Positions 12,366 through 27,130 are shown, numbered from the stretch's first letter. The stretch: 64,000 bases of DNA from Octopus sinensis (GCF_006345805.1 NC_042999.1:29636001-29700000), one strand, 5' to 3'. The notes: generated by a model from the sequence alone, not told the origin. Numbers and translations are program-made.

Positions 12366-14652
12366 TTACTCAAAGATTTATACACACAAATATGCACTTA
12401 TGATTACAATGAACGTTGTGGTACGCGGCATTTCCTAATTTCGAAATTACAATTTGATTCCCAGTTTGGAAAAGGTAATATTTCTGATTCTATATTTTCT
12501 TTAAAACTTCAGATCGATATCCGCGTGGTGTACATCTTGTATGCGGTTCGTATATCTTATTTTTGAATATAGAAATAACTAGTTTCCACAAATTTTATGT
12601 TTCTTTGAATTTCAACTTATTAGGGAAGCAGTCAAAATCAAGTTTTCTTTGACATTCAAATTATTATATGCAAACCAATAACGAACGAAAACCTCTTTGA
12701 TCATTTTTAAATATTGTGATATTGTAGTAAATGTATATCAGACGAGGCAAAATGTGTAATAATTTTACGTAAGAAAATGCTTTAAACGAAATGTAATAAT
12801 ACCTGAATCGCGAATACATGCTGCAATTGTATGTCTTCTTCCTGCTTTAGATACGATTTAAAAGAAATATCTCACATCACATTTACTAAGTATAAAGAGT
12901 ATATAACATTTATTGATAGAAAAACCAAATTTATTTTCATTGAGTATTCAGGCAGAAATTATTTCAATTAATTCCAACTGACACAGATATTGTAGCTACA
13001 AAAATGAGTTCAAAAAACATACAAGGTTCTACACAGTTATTTGGAATTATATTTAGTATGAATTTTTGTGCAAACGTTGAGACTATCCAGTGAACACACA
13101 GACACACACACAAACACGCGCTCGCGCACGCACTCACACAGATGCATATGTGCTTTTGCGTGTGCGTTTGTAATTAATTGCACATGTCTGCGAATAAGCA
13201 TATGAGTTAGAATGATCGCTGTTTAGTTACCTATTTTGGAGTAGGTCGTAAATTTCGTTATTGAATTTATTTACCGACACATCTGTACACAAAGTAAATG
13301 TGTTTGAAAGATGTGTCTTTTTTGGTATGTTTGTTCCGAAACAGAACTTATTTTTGTGCCGTTGACACCGCCAGATTGAATGGTACTGCCGAGGTGTGGA
13401 AACCATAATGATATCCGTAGATCATTTGGTGATGGATATGTATGGTATTATTGGTATGCCTATTTTTGTATATCATCCATTTGATATATATATATATATA
13501 TAATATATATATATATATAATATATATATATATACTTACTCAAAGATTTATACACACAAATATGCACTTATGATTACAATGAACGTTGTGGTACGCGGCA
13601 TTTCCTAATTTCGAAATTACAATTTGATTCCCAGTTTGGAAAAGGTAATATTTCTGATTCTATATTTTCTTTAAAACTTCAGATCGATATCCCGCGTGGT
13701 GTACATCTTGTATGCGGTTCGTATATCTTATTTTTGAATATAGAAATAACTAGTTTCCACAAATTTTAATGTTTCTTTGAATTTCAACTTATTAGGGAAG
13801 CAGTCAAAATCAAGTTTTCTTTGACATTCAAATTATTATATGCAAACCAATAACGAACGAAAACCTCTTTGATCATTTTTAAATATTGTGATATTGTAGT
13901 AAATGTATATCAGACGAGGCAAAATGTGTAATAATTTTACGTAAGAAAATGCTTTAAACGAAATGTAATAATACCTGAATCGCGAATACATGCTGCAATT
14001 GTATGTCTTCTTCCTGCTTTAGATACGATTTAAAAGAAATATCTCACATCACATTTACTAAGTATAAAGAGTATATAACATTTATTGATAGAAAAACCAA
14101 TTTATTTTCATTGAGTATTCAGGCAGAAATTATTTCAATTAATTCCAACTGACACAGATATTGTAGCTACAAAAATGAGTTCAAAAAACATACAAGGTTC
14201 TACACAGTTATTTGGAATTATATTTAGTATGAATTTTTGTGCAAACGTTGAGACTATCCAGTGAACACACAGACACACACACAAACACGCGCTCGCGCAC
14301 GCACTCACACAGATGCATATGTGCTTTTGCGTGTGCGTTTGTAATTAATTGCACATGTCTGCGAATAAGCATATGAGTTAGAATGATCGCTGTTTAGTTA
14401 CCTATTTTGGAGTAGGTCGTAAATTTCGTTATTGAATTTATTTACCGACACATCTGTACACAAAGTAAATGTGTTTGAAAGATGTGTCTTTTTTGGTATG
14501 TTTGTTCCGAAACAGAACTTATTTTTGTGCCGTTGACACCGCCAGATTGAATGGTACTGCCGAGGTGTGGAAACCATAATGATATCCGTAGATCATTTGG
14601 TGATGGATATGTATGGTATTATTGGTATGCCTATTTTTGTATATCATCCATT

Positions 14653-14654
<2 letters not shown>
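12365..14654. repeat. Near-identical tandem duplication of about 1.12 kb (12365-13483 and 13535-14654)
   Basis: The copies align end to end, differ only by a few 1-bp homopolymer indels, and are bounded by (TA)n. Confidence 0.97.
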
Positions 14655-14740
<86 letters not shown>

Positions 14741-14941
14741 CACCTCCCCGACCGAGCAGGGCAACAGAAGAAATAATAAAAGTCACGGCGAAACAGTACA
14801 CCAGGAATCGTGACCACCCCTTGTCGGAGCTTTAGGTGTTTTCGCCCAATAAACACTCACAACGTCCAATCTGTGAATGGAAACCGCGATCCTAAGACCG
14901 CGAGTCATCTGCCCTAACCACCGGGCCATTGCGCCTCCACA
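14741..14941 (-). mobile_element. tRNA-derived SINE, second family
   Basis: Minus strand tgtggaggcgcaatggcccggtggttagggc (A box) ... ggtttccattc (degenerate B box); lies between (TA)n and (CA)n. Confidence 0.8.
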
Positions 14942-14976
14942 CACACTCACACACACACACATACACACACACACAC

Positions 14977-15016
<40 letters not shown>

Positions 15017-18000
15017 ATAAAGATAGATATATAAATGGGTAGATGGGTTTATAGTTAGATAGATAGATAAAACGTTAGATATACAAAGCTCTAAAATACA
15101 ATCATATAGATCCAATGAATACGTCATTCTTGCTTGTAACCAAGCAAGCTGTGGTCATCTTCTCGATATATTTGTGTATACCATTTACGAATTAAAGTTA
15201 TATATCTTCAAAATGGACTAGTTAGTGTATAATGCGTTTAATGAACCATGCGACAGAATAATACGTACCATGAATCCTGATCTATGTCCTTGATGTTACA
15301 GCATTTAGCAACATAATTATTAGTTTAAGACCCTGATTAAAAGCTATCAGTATTATATCTATATTTCTTACGTACATGATTGAGGTTTCTTCATCACTAT
15401 ACGTACAATTAAGTTTATTCATTTAAACCATGTATGTATTTCACTACTGAAACAACACAAAATGCACCTAGAGACATAATCATATAGTCATGGTAAACTT
15501 TTGTGTAATTGTGTGAGTGCATGCAGCTCATTAACACTTGGGAAACACTACAGTTTCAATAAAATAAGCATGCAGGAGGACTCTGTATTAAGACTAGGCT
15601 AGTGAAATATTTCATGGCAGTTTATTTTAATATTCATGTGAGATACGGTATGTAGAGGAGAAATGACATAAAATTACACAACATGAAAGTGAAAAGTGGA
15701 TTTATTTAACATTACGTAGAAAAATCAAGGAAAATTTTATTTGACGTTAAAAGGATTAAGAAATTATAGACACTGTCGAGTGAAGTTAATATGCAGCAGG
15801 GTAGACAGATGCAATATGCTTGATATTAGAGAGAAAGAAAAGAGTAGATTTGTTGTTTTATTTTATTTAGCACAGAAATGTGGACATTATTAATGGAAAA
15901 ATGACTAATACATGTAGAAGCCATAGCGTCAGCAGGGAACTATTTCCTGCATCTGTATATGTGTTGTGTATTTGTGGTCTGTGACAAAGAGGGAAATAGG
16001 GAGAGTGTGCATGGGTCTGTGCGTGAAAGAGAGGGAAAGAGAGGCAAACGGGGAGAGAGATAGAGAGTGTGTCTGTGAGTTTGTCAAACCTGTAAGATTA
16101 TAGTGTGGATGTGAAACATGTTTAGCGATGTATGTGTTCGTATATAGGAGACAAAGAGCTGAAGTGTGTGAGTCATTTTTCTCCTATGGTGCGTTTTAGT
16201 TGATCATTAAATGTCTGGTGAATTGATACAAATTAGAACACACGGGTAAAAAAGATATATGGGTGAATTATATTACGCATGATCCCATTATAAAACATGT
16301 TGTCTCATTATATAAGAGAAGTGAAATAAACGAGAGCATACATACAGAATGTAAGTGATGGAGCAGGCCCTTGGTGGGAAAATCATATAATAATACTAGA
16401 CAAATATGTTATTTATGTGGAATGAGTTGTATATGTACATACCAAGAAAATTCGTATGTGATTTTATGTGTGTTTATGTACGTCAAATGTATAAAATTAG
16501 ACTTGAGTTTGTTAACAATATGTGTATACAATGACATGTGTCACTATATAGATAAGGATAACTGGTATAAAGAGTATGCAGATGTATGGTACAAAAGGGC
16601 ATTAAAGCATATTGTAGAGAGAGGGTTCGTGATTTGGAAGAAAGTAAGTCGATTGATATCAAACACAGGACCGTAAGCGTCTAAACAGAAGTTGAATTAT
16701 GTGAGAGGAATAACATAAAATCATGACAAATTCAAGATGCAGGAGAATCGCATGTTTATCATAGAGAAATATAAAGCCACAAACAGCTGGAAGAAGTAGG
16801 GATGAGTCGGAAGAATTAAAGATATCTCATTTAGCTACACACACGTACGAAGGAACATACAAATGCACACACAGGCGAGAAGGATGCATACATGCATACA
16901 AACACACGAAGGGTTGCCTGTCCCCAAAGAGCCCACCCAGATACCCACTCACACAAATATGCTGGAATACACACAAATAATAAAAAAAAAACACATTACC
17001 ACACGTACACGCAAACAAGCAAACAAACATACACACTCATTCACAGAGGTGTAACAGCCACAAACACACGCACACGCACACAACACCTCACACACGCGCG
17101 CCGCACAGACATATATTCCCACACACAAACATGCATCCACGTGCACTCAGTTGCTCATAGAAACGCTTAACCCGTTGTAGCCGTCGCTTCCCCACAAAAT
17201 GAAAGAACTACATAGTAAACCATAAATACAGGTATGAGACTGAACGAAGGCAAACATTACAAAAGAATGAACATTCAAAAAGGTCAAGGATGGCTGCTGT
17301 ATTTCCAACCACAAAGAAAAACAGCCACACACATGTAAGTAGGCATAGAAACGCGCTGACCTGTACCCACGTACGCAAGAGCAGGCACACACACAGAAAA
17401 AACTAACAAATAAAACTTTTGTTTTTTTCTCACCATACCCCTCTTCTAAACCAACATGCACCTGCTTACCCCTGCGAGCATGCATACATACAGACAAAAT
17501 ACCAATTACCAGAGAGACGCAAAGCAAATACTAGAGCTACCGGGGAAGTCACCGAGACACTGATAACTTCGCGAAATGCCAGGAAGAATGTTTTGACACG
17601 AGCAATCGATTCGTTATTTCGTTAGATATTATATGAATCACTTAACGAGAAGGAAGTGTAATTTATGTTTCCTAAGATACAATATTTGTTTCAACACAAG
17701 AATTGACATCAAGTAACATGCAAACCGAATGCAAATGAACAAAACATCTGCGCGCGGGTGTGTGTATGGTATTGTACATGTGTGAGTATGTGTCTGTTGT
17801 ATGTGTGTGTATAGTGTCGTGTGTATGTGTGTGTGTGTGTTTGTGTGTACGTTTGTTCGTATATATATATACCTATATTTCTAAATAAATTTACGTTTAA
17901 TCGAGACATCATAGAGAACAATGGAGAAAAATACAACCTCAAATATATATATTTTGTACAGTATTATTCTCATTAAATTACAGTCCGAAACGTATGTGTG

Positions 18001-18379
18001 CGAGATAATTTTTTTTAGTTTCGCTTCATGCAGCATTTATGTGCATTTAGATGATTCAGTAACTGTATATTTTCATCGAAAGTCAGCATTGCTATGCAGC
18101 TTTGTTGAGGGTTTTGACCACTCTGATGGGTTAACTGAAATGATTTTAAATGACATAATTAACAAAAGCCTATTGTATTTTACAGAATACGCTTTACTAT
18201 TGTGCCCTTAGGTCATATGTTCTCTCACGTAGAATATAATTTTATAAGAACAATCTGATATTTGAATTCTAAGTTCGGTTCCATCAGCAGCATGGATAAA
18301 ATCTTGAAAGAGAAAACTGACGATATATATTTTCTTCAATAAGGGCAATGATCTCGAACCCCATTTGTTGAAATCAATA

Positions 18380-18660
18380 TCTGCTGTGCGCGATTCTAGG
18401 GTTGATCTAATTTATCACTCTCGCTATTCTTCTCGTACCGCTCTATATGATGATCATCTCATTTCCAAAATTTAAAATAAATGAAAAAAAAGAACAAAAG
18501 AAAAACACTCATGGCTAGGGAACCTGTGTCGCAATGATGACGAAGTCAAAGATGCTGTCGATGACTCTTTTGGCGAACAATATCGGATTCAGAAATTCTG
18601 CAACATCAATGGAAGTAGTATGTGGACCACAGGGTGTACTATGCCAGTAAGATTGAATCG
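18380..18660 (+). mobile_element. Decayed mariner transposase 3' fragment
   Basis: HSRYSSRTALYDDHL.FPKFK resembles HPPYSPDLAPSDYHLFP.LK; NDDEVKDAVDD resembles .DDEV..AV.D. Confidence 0.55.
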
Positions 18661-19723
18661 ACAACCATGTAATACGCAACAATACTTTTTCGTATATACA
18701 AAAACCTATGTACACACATGTACTCAGTCATTCGCATAATCATATGTGTTTTTTTGCACGTACATAGAAATATATATGTAGGAATATATGATATGGAAAA
18801 ATAGAGGTGTTGAAAACATGAAAGTGTAATTTAGTTTCATTTTCATGAAGATCCTAACGACTTCGAGGAAACTATCTCATTGCAGTTCACCTAAATTTTA
18901 CAACCTATACGTTTATTTTAGTTTATCTCGTCCAGCGTAATCGATTCGCTGCATTGTATTATATGTAAAATAAGATGAGAAAGCAAAATGAACTTTCCAA
19001 CACTAAACTTAAACAGGAAAACTAAGTTTATAGATACTGTTATGGCAACAGACTATACAACTCTGTTGTATAGGTGAAATAATTAGTATATTAAGTCTTA
19101 TGAAACAAACAGAATCATTGGATAATTATTGGATGATAATAATATGTATTATACACCGAAGAAAATTCAACGGTTTGAAACGTTAATGCATTACAATACA
19201 CATACAGATACACGAACACACAAATACACACGCACACATATACACGCACAAATATATGTATGCATACAGAGACACAAATGTCTGTGTAAGTGTACGTTTG
19301 CATATGTGTAAGTATGTAAGTATGTATGTATGTACGTACGTATATAAGTACATATGTATGTATGAATGAATGAAACAGTCAACTGAAGGCTTGAAAATTT
19401 AGGCTAACAGCACAGTGTATGCTGCATTTTGTCAACATACACTAAGTATAGCGTATAGGAAAAAGTGAAGTGCGATATTCGTTGACTTATTGCTCAGAAA
19501 ATTAGATTCGTGCATGTAACTGTTACCTACGTATTTTAATTCATATATTTTAGTCCTAAAATTCCAACGTCATTAAGGTGTGTAATACTATGTGGTATTA
19601 ACCTCGGTTTATTGAAGATATATAGAGCTACATTTTCTCACACAGGTATACATAGATATATGACTACATCTTGCTCCCTCTTTTTTTTCTTTCTCTCTCC
19701 ATATGTGTGTATGTATTTATATA

Positions 19724-19770
19724 TGTTTTGCAAAATAGTGGTTTTGTCTCTAATAATATTTTATATATAT
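19724..19770 (+). repeat. Short dispersed copy of the outer end of the 57.5-57.8 kb palindrome arm
   Basis: tgttttgcaaaatagtggttttgtctctaataatattttatata is identical to 57780-57823 and also runs into (TA)n. Confidence 0.85.
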
Positions 19771-19774
19771 GTAT

Positions 19775-19805
<31 letters not shown>

Positions 19806-19835
19806 CATACATACATACCTATATCTATATTTCTG

Positions 19836-19914
<79 letters not shown>

Positions 19915-19949
19915 AAAATAAGCAACATTTGAATCTAAATTGTTGCTTA

Positions 19950-20218
19950 TATATGTTTATGTTATACCAAGGGTGCCATACTTTTGGTTTTCTTCATAGT
20001 GTTGTTCTAGTGAATGTTTAAGAAACCATAATATAACTATGTGTTTGTTTTAAAATTTGAAATAACATAGAAAGTATTTTGCGTAGGATATGGGCAGTTC
20101 CCATGTGCACTATCTTTTGAACTTCTGCCATGTTTAGGTTTCCTGGTATCTGAGATAGGTAGCAATCATCCCCTTTTGCTATCATTCCAACAACACCTAT
20201 GACAACAGGTATTGTTGT
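19950..20218 (-). mobile_element. R4/Dong-clade LINE 3' fragment
   Basis: TTIPVVIGVVGMI...VQKIVHMGTAHILRKILS is the terminal motif; high identity to 22853-23232. Confidence 0.85.
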
Positions 20219-20270
20219 GCGTGTATATATATATATATGCATAGTTACATAGATATATATAAGTTTAGAC

Positions 20271-20326
<56 letters not shown>

Positions 20327-20739
20327 TTAAACATTGGTATATGCACGGAAAGGTCTACACATCTATATGGTAATGTACACCTAACACAGTCATGAATTAT
20401 ATTGTTTACAAACTATTTATTATTAATCATTATATATTGTACAATGGATACATCAACTCGAATACCGTGAAAGTCATAAATCGTACTAGATCTGGTATTT
20501 TATGAAGAACATTAAATAGAAAGTTTCCTGTCAAAGAGGGGAAATTGGATTGTCTAGTATAGCAAAGAATCGATGTCAGTTTTAAATCCGTATGATGTTC
20601 ATCAGATTTTGTTAAGACAAAATAAATTTCGTGTAATGATACGACGTAAGTACATTTTGTATAGCGTAAATGAAATAAAGACAGTACAGCTTTCTGTTTC
20701 AACTATGCAGTGCGAAGCACAACGTAAATGGTTATCACG

Positions 20740-21135
20740 TGTGTGTGTGTCAGTGTATTTGTCAGTGTATGTATGCGTGAGTGCGTGTGCATGTGTGTAT
20801 GTGCGTGCACGCACGCGTGGTGTGTGAATGAGTGATTGTACGTGAAAAGGTTCATGCGTCCGTGTGTGTGTGTAGTGATTGAGAATGTGATGTGGAAAAT
20901 AGGAAAATGAGAATGTACTGAAGAGAATCATATATGACAACATACACACATACGCAGGCACACGTACATATATATGAAAGCAAATACAGACGGGATGAAA
21001 GTAATTCATCAAACGATTCTTTCCATTAATTGATTGAAATAGAAAGCTTCTCTTTTTGGACGCACACGCAACCACACATACACACATACGGACATATATG
21101 TATATGTATATATATACATATATATAACATACACT

Positions 21136-21182
<47 letters not shown>

Positions 21183-21213
21183 AGGTGAGTGTGTGTGTGC
21201 ACGTGTGCCTATA

Positions 21214-21259
<46 letters not shown>

Positions 21260-21370
21260 ATATAATATATATATATAATATATATATATATATTATGCCA
21301 AGTTTTGCATACACATATACGCGTAGAGATATGTATATGTGTATCTGTTTGTGTTTGTGTATATATCATA
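20740..21370. repeat. (TG)n, (CA)n and (TA)n microsatellite-rich tract
   Basis: Explains the 255-aa low-complexity ORF at 20602-21369. Confidence 0.85.
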
Positions 21371-21949
21371 TCAGCAATTAATTCATTTTAACCTGATCGC
21401 ATGATAAGCTTGTTTACTTGAAACGACAAGACTGATATTTAACTGAGTATTACCACTTATGATCAGTCACTTCTCTATCGATGTCTCACTTTCACTGTAT
21501 TAAAACTTAGCTTAAACCTTAAGTAATGTTCACTGTACCCTGTACCCTGTGTCTTCTCATATATTGTATCTATAACTATATAGAAGCAGGAACAGAATTA
21601 TTCGAGAAATGATTCTCAGTTGATTTTCGTATATTTTATACGGTTTGCTTCCTAAAATGTCGGTTTCTCTATTCTGCTTTGGAAATCCGTTTAAGAAGTG
21701 AAATGAAAAAAAGTATGTCAAATAATAATTTCGGTGTTACTGACCGGCAAATAAGGATCTATATAGCAGTTTTACATTGCTTCATATATTTCTTATGCTA
21801 TAATATGGTGCATGGTTCTAGTGGTTTTACTTAAACCAATTCATATTTTAATAAGTTATATTTAATTAGAAAATGCATCGTTGCAATCTTAGAAGTAGAA
21901 ACACCATACACATATTCATTCTGATATCGTCACCGTAAGGTGACTATAA

Positions 21950-21951
21950 GA

Positions 21952-22042
<91 letters not shown>

Positions 22043-22138
22043 TTATTATTGTTGTTGTTGTTGTTGTTATTATTATTATCATCATCATCATCATCATTAT
22101 TATTAGTATTATTATTATTATTATTGTTATTATTATTA

Positions 22139-22171
<33 letters not shown>

Positions 22172-22286
22172 TATTATTATTATTATTGTTGTTGTTGTTG
22201 TTGTTGTTATTATTATCATTATTATTATTATTATTATTATTATCATTATTATTATTGTTGTTGTTGTTATTATTATTATCATTATT

Positions 22287-22321
<35 letters not shown>

Positions 22322-22371
22322 CATCAGTGTTATTATTATTAGTATTGTTGTTGTTGTCATTATTATTATTA

Positions 22372-22410
<39 letters not shown>
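21950..22410. repeat. Compound (ATT)n/(TTG)n/(ATC)n microsatellite
   Basis: Direct inspection; (ATT)n resumes at 22786-22850. Confidence 0.95.
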
Positions 22411-22414
<4 letters not shown>

Positions 22415-22784
22415 CAAAGAAGCTTGAGAGGCGGTTGGATGGAACCTACACTCGCCTCCTTATGAGAGCTCAAAATCTCTCGTGGAGGCGCCATCCAACT
22501 AAAATGCAAATATATGGGAAATTACCACCTGTGTCATCTCTTGTGAAGGGCAGGAGAGTCCAGTTTGCTGGACATTGTTGTAGAGCTGAAAAAGAAGTAA
22601 TTTCTACTCTTCTCCTCTGGAAGCCATCTACTCGCAACACCAGAGGGCGCACACTCTCCTACCCTGATGTAATCTCCAGGGATACAGGCATCCAGCAACA
22701 GGACCTCCGTAATGCTATGATGGACCGTGAAGTCTGGCGCAACATGGTAAATTCCATTGTCTCGACCACGGTCGAACAATGATG

Positions 22785-22786
<2 letters not shown>
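22411..22786 (+). mobile_element. RTE/RTEX-like LINE 3' end, copy 1
   Basis: LDGTYTRLLM...RRVQFAGHC.R...LLW.P...RG..L.Y.D.I..D...M.DR..WR, then stop and an (ATG)n tail. Confidence 0.9.
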
Positions 22787-22839
<53 letters not shown>

Positions 22840-22852
22840 TATATTATTATTT

Positions 22853-23232
22853 TATGTTTGACTTTTGCTTTACATTTGTACAAGTTGGCTCCAAGTCTCA
22901 CCGAGAGATCTCAAAAGATTATAAGTTCATGTTGGTGTTATACATAGGGTGCCATATATTTGGTTTTCTTCATAGTGTTGTTCTAGAGAATGTTTAAGAA
23001 ACCATAAAATAACTATGTGTTTGTTTTAAAATTTGATATTACATAGAAAGCATTTTGCGCAGGATATGGGCAGTCCCCATGAGCACTATCTTTTGAACTT
23101 CTGCCATTTTTGGGTTTCCTGGTATCTGAGATAGGTAGCAATCATCCCCTTTTGCTGTCATTCCAACAGCACCTATGACAACATGCATTGATTTAGTTTC
23201 CAGGTTCCACATTTTGCTAATTACTATTTCCT
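22853..23232 (-). mobile_element. R4/Dong-clade LINE 3' end with 3' UTR
   Basis: ISKMWNLETKSMHVVIGAVGM...QKIVLMGTAHILRKML; the 3' UTR ends directly in (AAT)n. Confidence 0.88.
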
Positions 23233-23569
23233 CTGTAGTACCTTCTTTAGCTGCAACTTCTTTCTTTTTATCCTTTACTGCTTGTTTAAGTTGGTCAATC
23301 TCTACTTCAGTTGTTAATTATTTTAAATAATGTTTCTTCAGACGTTGGCAAGTTTGTTACTGTCTATGTAGAGTCGTACTTCAGAGTGTTTCTGCCTCCA
23401 GTTTAATTAAGTTTCTACAGTATTAACCTAATTTGTAGAGAAATATATAGCATGGTAGAAGGCCGTAAGAACTTCTTTGTTATCTTCCCTATGCCATTTT
23501 CATTCTTTTTCTTTTTATTATTTGATGACGAGCATGGATGGACATCTGTTGGAATATTTTTGGTACTTC

Positions 23570-25130
23570 ATGTGTGGGTACTTCCTTTGTGTAGGGAATA
23601 TTTGAACCAGTAGCTGATTTTTCGTTGCCGAATCCGGTTCAACATTCGTGTACATGGTCCTTTGTAATCCGGTCGACGACCATTCCGATGTGGGATTTCC
23701 AATTGCCTTAAGACGTTTAAGAGTTTCATTGGCATTGAACCCAACGATTCGATAACCACTGGTTTCCCTTTTACATTATCTTCTCGCATTCTATACTGTC
23801 TTTCAATTTTGTCTTTTAATTTGGAGTCCTTGCTGATATTTTCCTCGTAACTTCCATACCATTTGGCATGCCTACGTCAATAATCTGACGGCATTTGTCT
23901 CTCTTACTCAATATGATAACACTCCCGGCATGTTGTTAATTTTTTATTCTCTTACATAAGTCTTGTTGGTACATGCTCTTACCAGTTCTCATTTACCTAA
24001 TTGTGGTATTTACAGCATAAGAGCCAAAGATGATACACACATGGTAGCGGCGCTTGCATTCTTTCTGTGCAAGGGTGTCAGAAATTTTATAGATGTTATA
24101 CCTCTCTGATTTAGTAGCGAGAGTCTGGTCTAGTGTAGCAGTGATCAGGCATTTTGTGGTACGCTTTAATTCATCTCGCTGAAGTCATGCCCACGATGCT
24201 GCATTATCATTAACGTTCTGTGTATTCCTTTCAAACTGTCCATGCATTCTCATTTCAAATGTTTTCTTTTCTCTTCTCCTCAGCTCTTTGGTTAAACTCT
24301 CCCCTGTCTATCCTTTCATCTACATTTACACCCATATATTTCGCAGCATGTTACATCAAGTCTTCATTACTATTTGTCGAATACTCGGCAATCGTTCTCC
24401 TTTCCATCCTTAGAAAATGGTTTCTACTGATTACTCCTCTGCCACAATTCTTTCTTTTCATGTACAGTTAGTTTACGTTTGCTTTATGGTGTAGCACCCC
24501 ATGCAGCGTCATTAACTTTCTCGTCATTCTATCCAGTGTTGATATTTCCTCCTTAGTCCATTTGAGGATGGACTCACTATATTTGATCAACGCAACTGTC
24601 CAGATTTTCATTGCAGCAATCAAAGTTTTGCATTCAAGTTAGATTTCAGTACCAAATTCACACTCTTTGATATGCCTCGCTGACCTTGGCATTCATTTCT
24701 CTGTGTACAAATTCATCCAGATCCCAAATCCTTAAATACCTATACCCACTACCGTCTAGTACTCCCATGGTGTCACCTGATGGTAACCGCAATCCTCTTC
24801 AGGATGATTTCTTCCGCCTTTTCATATCAAGTACTGAGTATTTTGTAATACTAAATTCTATACCGATGTCCCTACCACACTGCTTGATTGTTCCATTTAA
24901 GGAATCTAACTACTTGATGGATTTCCCAAACAATTTCAGGTCATCCATAAACAGAAAATGGTTCAACGATGGGCATTTCTTCTCACATCGGAAAACACAT
25001 TTTAACTTTCCTATTTCTCACTTTTATGTGTATTAATTCAATTAGAAATAGTAACAGAGAAAGCAAATCACCTTGGGAGACTCCGCTTTTAATATTAACT
25101 CCTCCAAATAACACATTACTTGGGCACGAT
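23570..25130 (-). mobile_element. Old R4/Dong-clade LINE, from RT through the endonuclease region
   Basis: Motifs in order: IKSGVSQGDLLS, LNHFLFMDDLKLF, GYRYLRI, LDRMTRKLMTLHG, MHGQF, LITATLDQTL, LAQKECKRR, IIDVGMP, PVVIESLGSMP. Many stops. Confidence 0.85.
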
Positions 25131-25254
25131 TTGGTTTATCACTCTTTTATGCTATGCATCAGAAAATGTGTAATGTTGTAGCAACACCAGACATTTGGAG
25201 ACATTCAACGATCCAAGAATGCGGCATTATATATGCCTTCTCAATCCAAGCCAG

Positions 25255-25450
25255 ATACTTCTTCTTCTTCATCCTCTTCTTCTTTTTTCTTCTTCTTCTT
25301 CCTGTTCTTCTTTTTCTTCTTCTTCTTCTGATGATGATGATGATGATGATGAAGATGATGACTTTTCTCATAATTATAATTATAATTATTATTATTATTA
25401 ATATCATTTTTATTTTTTTGTTGTTGTTGTTGCTGTTATTATTATTTTAC
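25255..25450. repeat. Compound (TTC)n/(GAT)n/(TTA)n/(TTG)n microsatellite
   Basis: Direct inspection. Confidence 0.9.
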
Positions 25451-26439
25451 TTCCTAATATGTTATTAAATGTAGTTATGAAGAATAAAATTTTGGCGTTG
25501 GTTGTGAAATCTTGTTTATGAAGCCTAGATTATTAGCGAAAGCCCGTCGGACTTTTATGCGATCGAGCCAATTTTGATGAATCTTTTAGGTGTGATGAAT
25601 TTATAATTACAGCTTTTACTGGAGGATGGATTCTCAAACCAATGGAGGAAATAATATTTTGAAGAATCGAAATCATAATGCTACAAATGTCACCAAGGAC
25701 AACAAAAGTAACATTGACAAACAACACAAAGGGAACATAGAAAGAAATAAGTAGTCTACCTTCACCAGTAAAAATGTGATGCAGATAAAGTGATAAACAA
25801 CGACTCTTACCAACGTATGAAATTCAAAGCGGCAAATGTATGCAGAAAACTGCAAATATCTGTTGTCTTTTCTTGTCTGAAAAAAACATGCAAAACACAA
25901 CTGCCGAAAAAATGGAGGGACGATATCGCAAAACACAGCGTAACTAATTCAACTGGAAATCGAGAAATAAAGATAAATATGTAGAGGTCGTAGGACGAGT
26001 CATTGTTTGCTAGGGGTGCATATTTAGATACTAAAATGACTGAAACAAATTTGCATTAAAAAGAAAAAAACATAAATTCTTGGACGTAGGCGTATTGGCA
26101 AAGACGATAAAATGTTTCGTACGAAAGGAAAGCCGGTTGAAAGAAGAAAAACAATATTAAAATTGACGAGGTATTTCTGACTCCTCCGTACCTTAGTCTT
26201 TGCGTTATAACAACGAAGGTTGCAGTGAAAATACCAGGCGTAGATATCCATTTGTTTGTGGTTGTCGTAATATACGGCATCGTGTATGAAAAGATTACCT
26301 TGCAATGCACGGCCTGGGAAACCGAAATTTATCTGGTACTTAAATAGGACTAAGGACTCACAAATACCAACAAAGTGCGGATGACATACGGCTTACAGAT
26401 TTTCATAGGAGTTGATTGTTAATGCTGACATCTAAAGAC

Positions 26440-27130
26440 TTCCATCTCTGGTCAGCAAATGTAGAAAGTACTGCACTAATGCCACCATCTTCAACTTTGT
26501 GGCAACATCTGCAACAAATCATCATCATCATTGTTCGACCGTGGTCGAGACAATTAAGTTTTCCATGCTACGCCATACTTCACGGTCCATCATGGCATTA
26601 CGGAGGTCCTGTTGCTGGATGCCTGTATCTCTGGAGATTACATCAGAGTAGGAGAGTGTGCGCCCTCTGGTAATGCGACTAGATGGCTTCCAGAGAAGAA
26701 GAGTAGAAATTACCTCTTTTTCAGCTCTACAACAATGTCCAGCAAACTGGACTCTCTTACCTTTCACAAGAGATGACACAGGTGGTAGTTTCCCATATAT
26801 TTGCATTTTGGTTGGATGGCGCTTCCACGAGAGATTTTGAGCTTTCATAAGGAGGCGAGTGTAGGTTCCATCCAACCAGCTCTCAATTTTCTTTCATAAC
26901 GTCTAGGTTAACTGCAACAAAAACATCAAAATCATGAAAAGTTTAGCAAAAAATAGAAGACGAACAAATGAAAAACGTTATTAAGCATGCTTTATCGAAA
27001 GAGGAACACATACAATAAAACATATGAGCAATCGCTACCATCCTGGAAAAATTTATGGCTAATCCAAAAACGTCACAGTTAGACTTCACCCACAGCAATC
27101 AGCGAAGTACCAAACCCGAGGAAACCAATT
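26440..27130 (+). mobile_element. Decayed PLE RT N-terminal fragment split by a LINE insertion
   Basis: SANVESTALM (cf. ADKGN..V.M), HEKFSKK and HPGKIYG.PK (cf. PG.FYGLPK.HK) become contiguous once 26519-26911 and one TSD copy are removed. Confidence 0.4.
26519..26911 (-). mobile_element. RTE/RTEX-like LINE 3' end, copy 2, with a 10-bp TSD
   Basis: Same peptide as copy 1 (ORF 26528-26875); ctgcaacaaa at 26509-26518 and 26912-26921. Confidence 0.92.
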
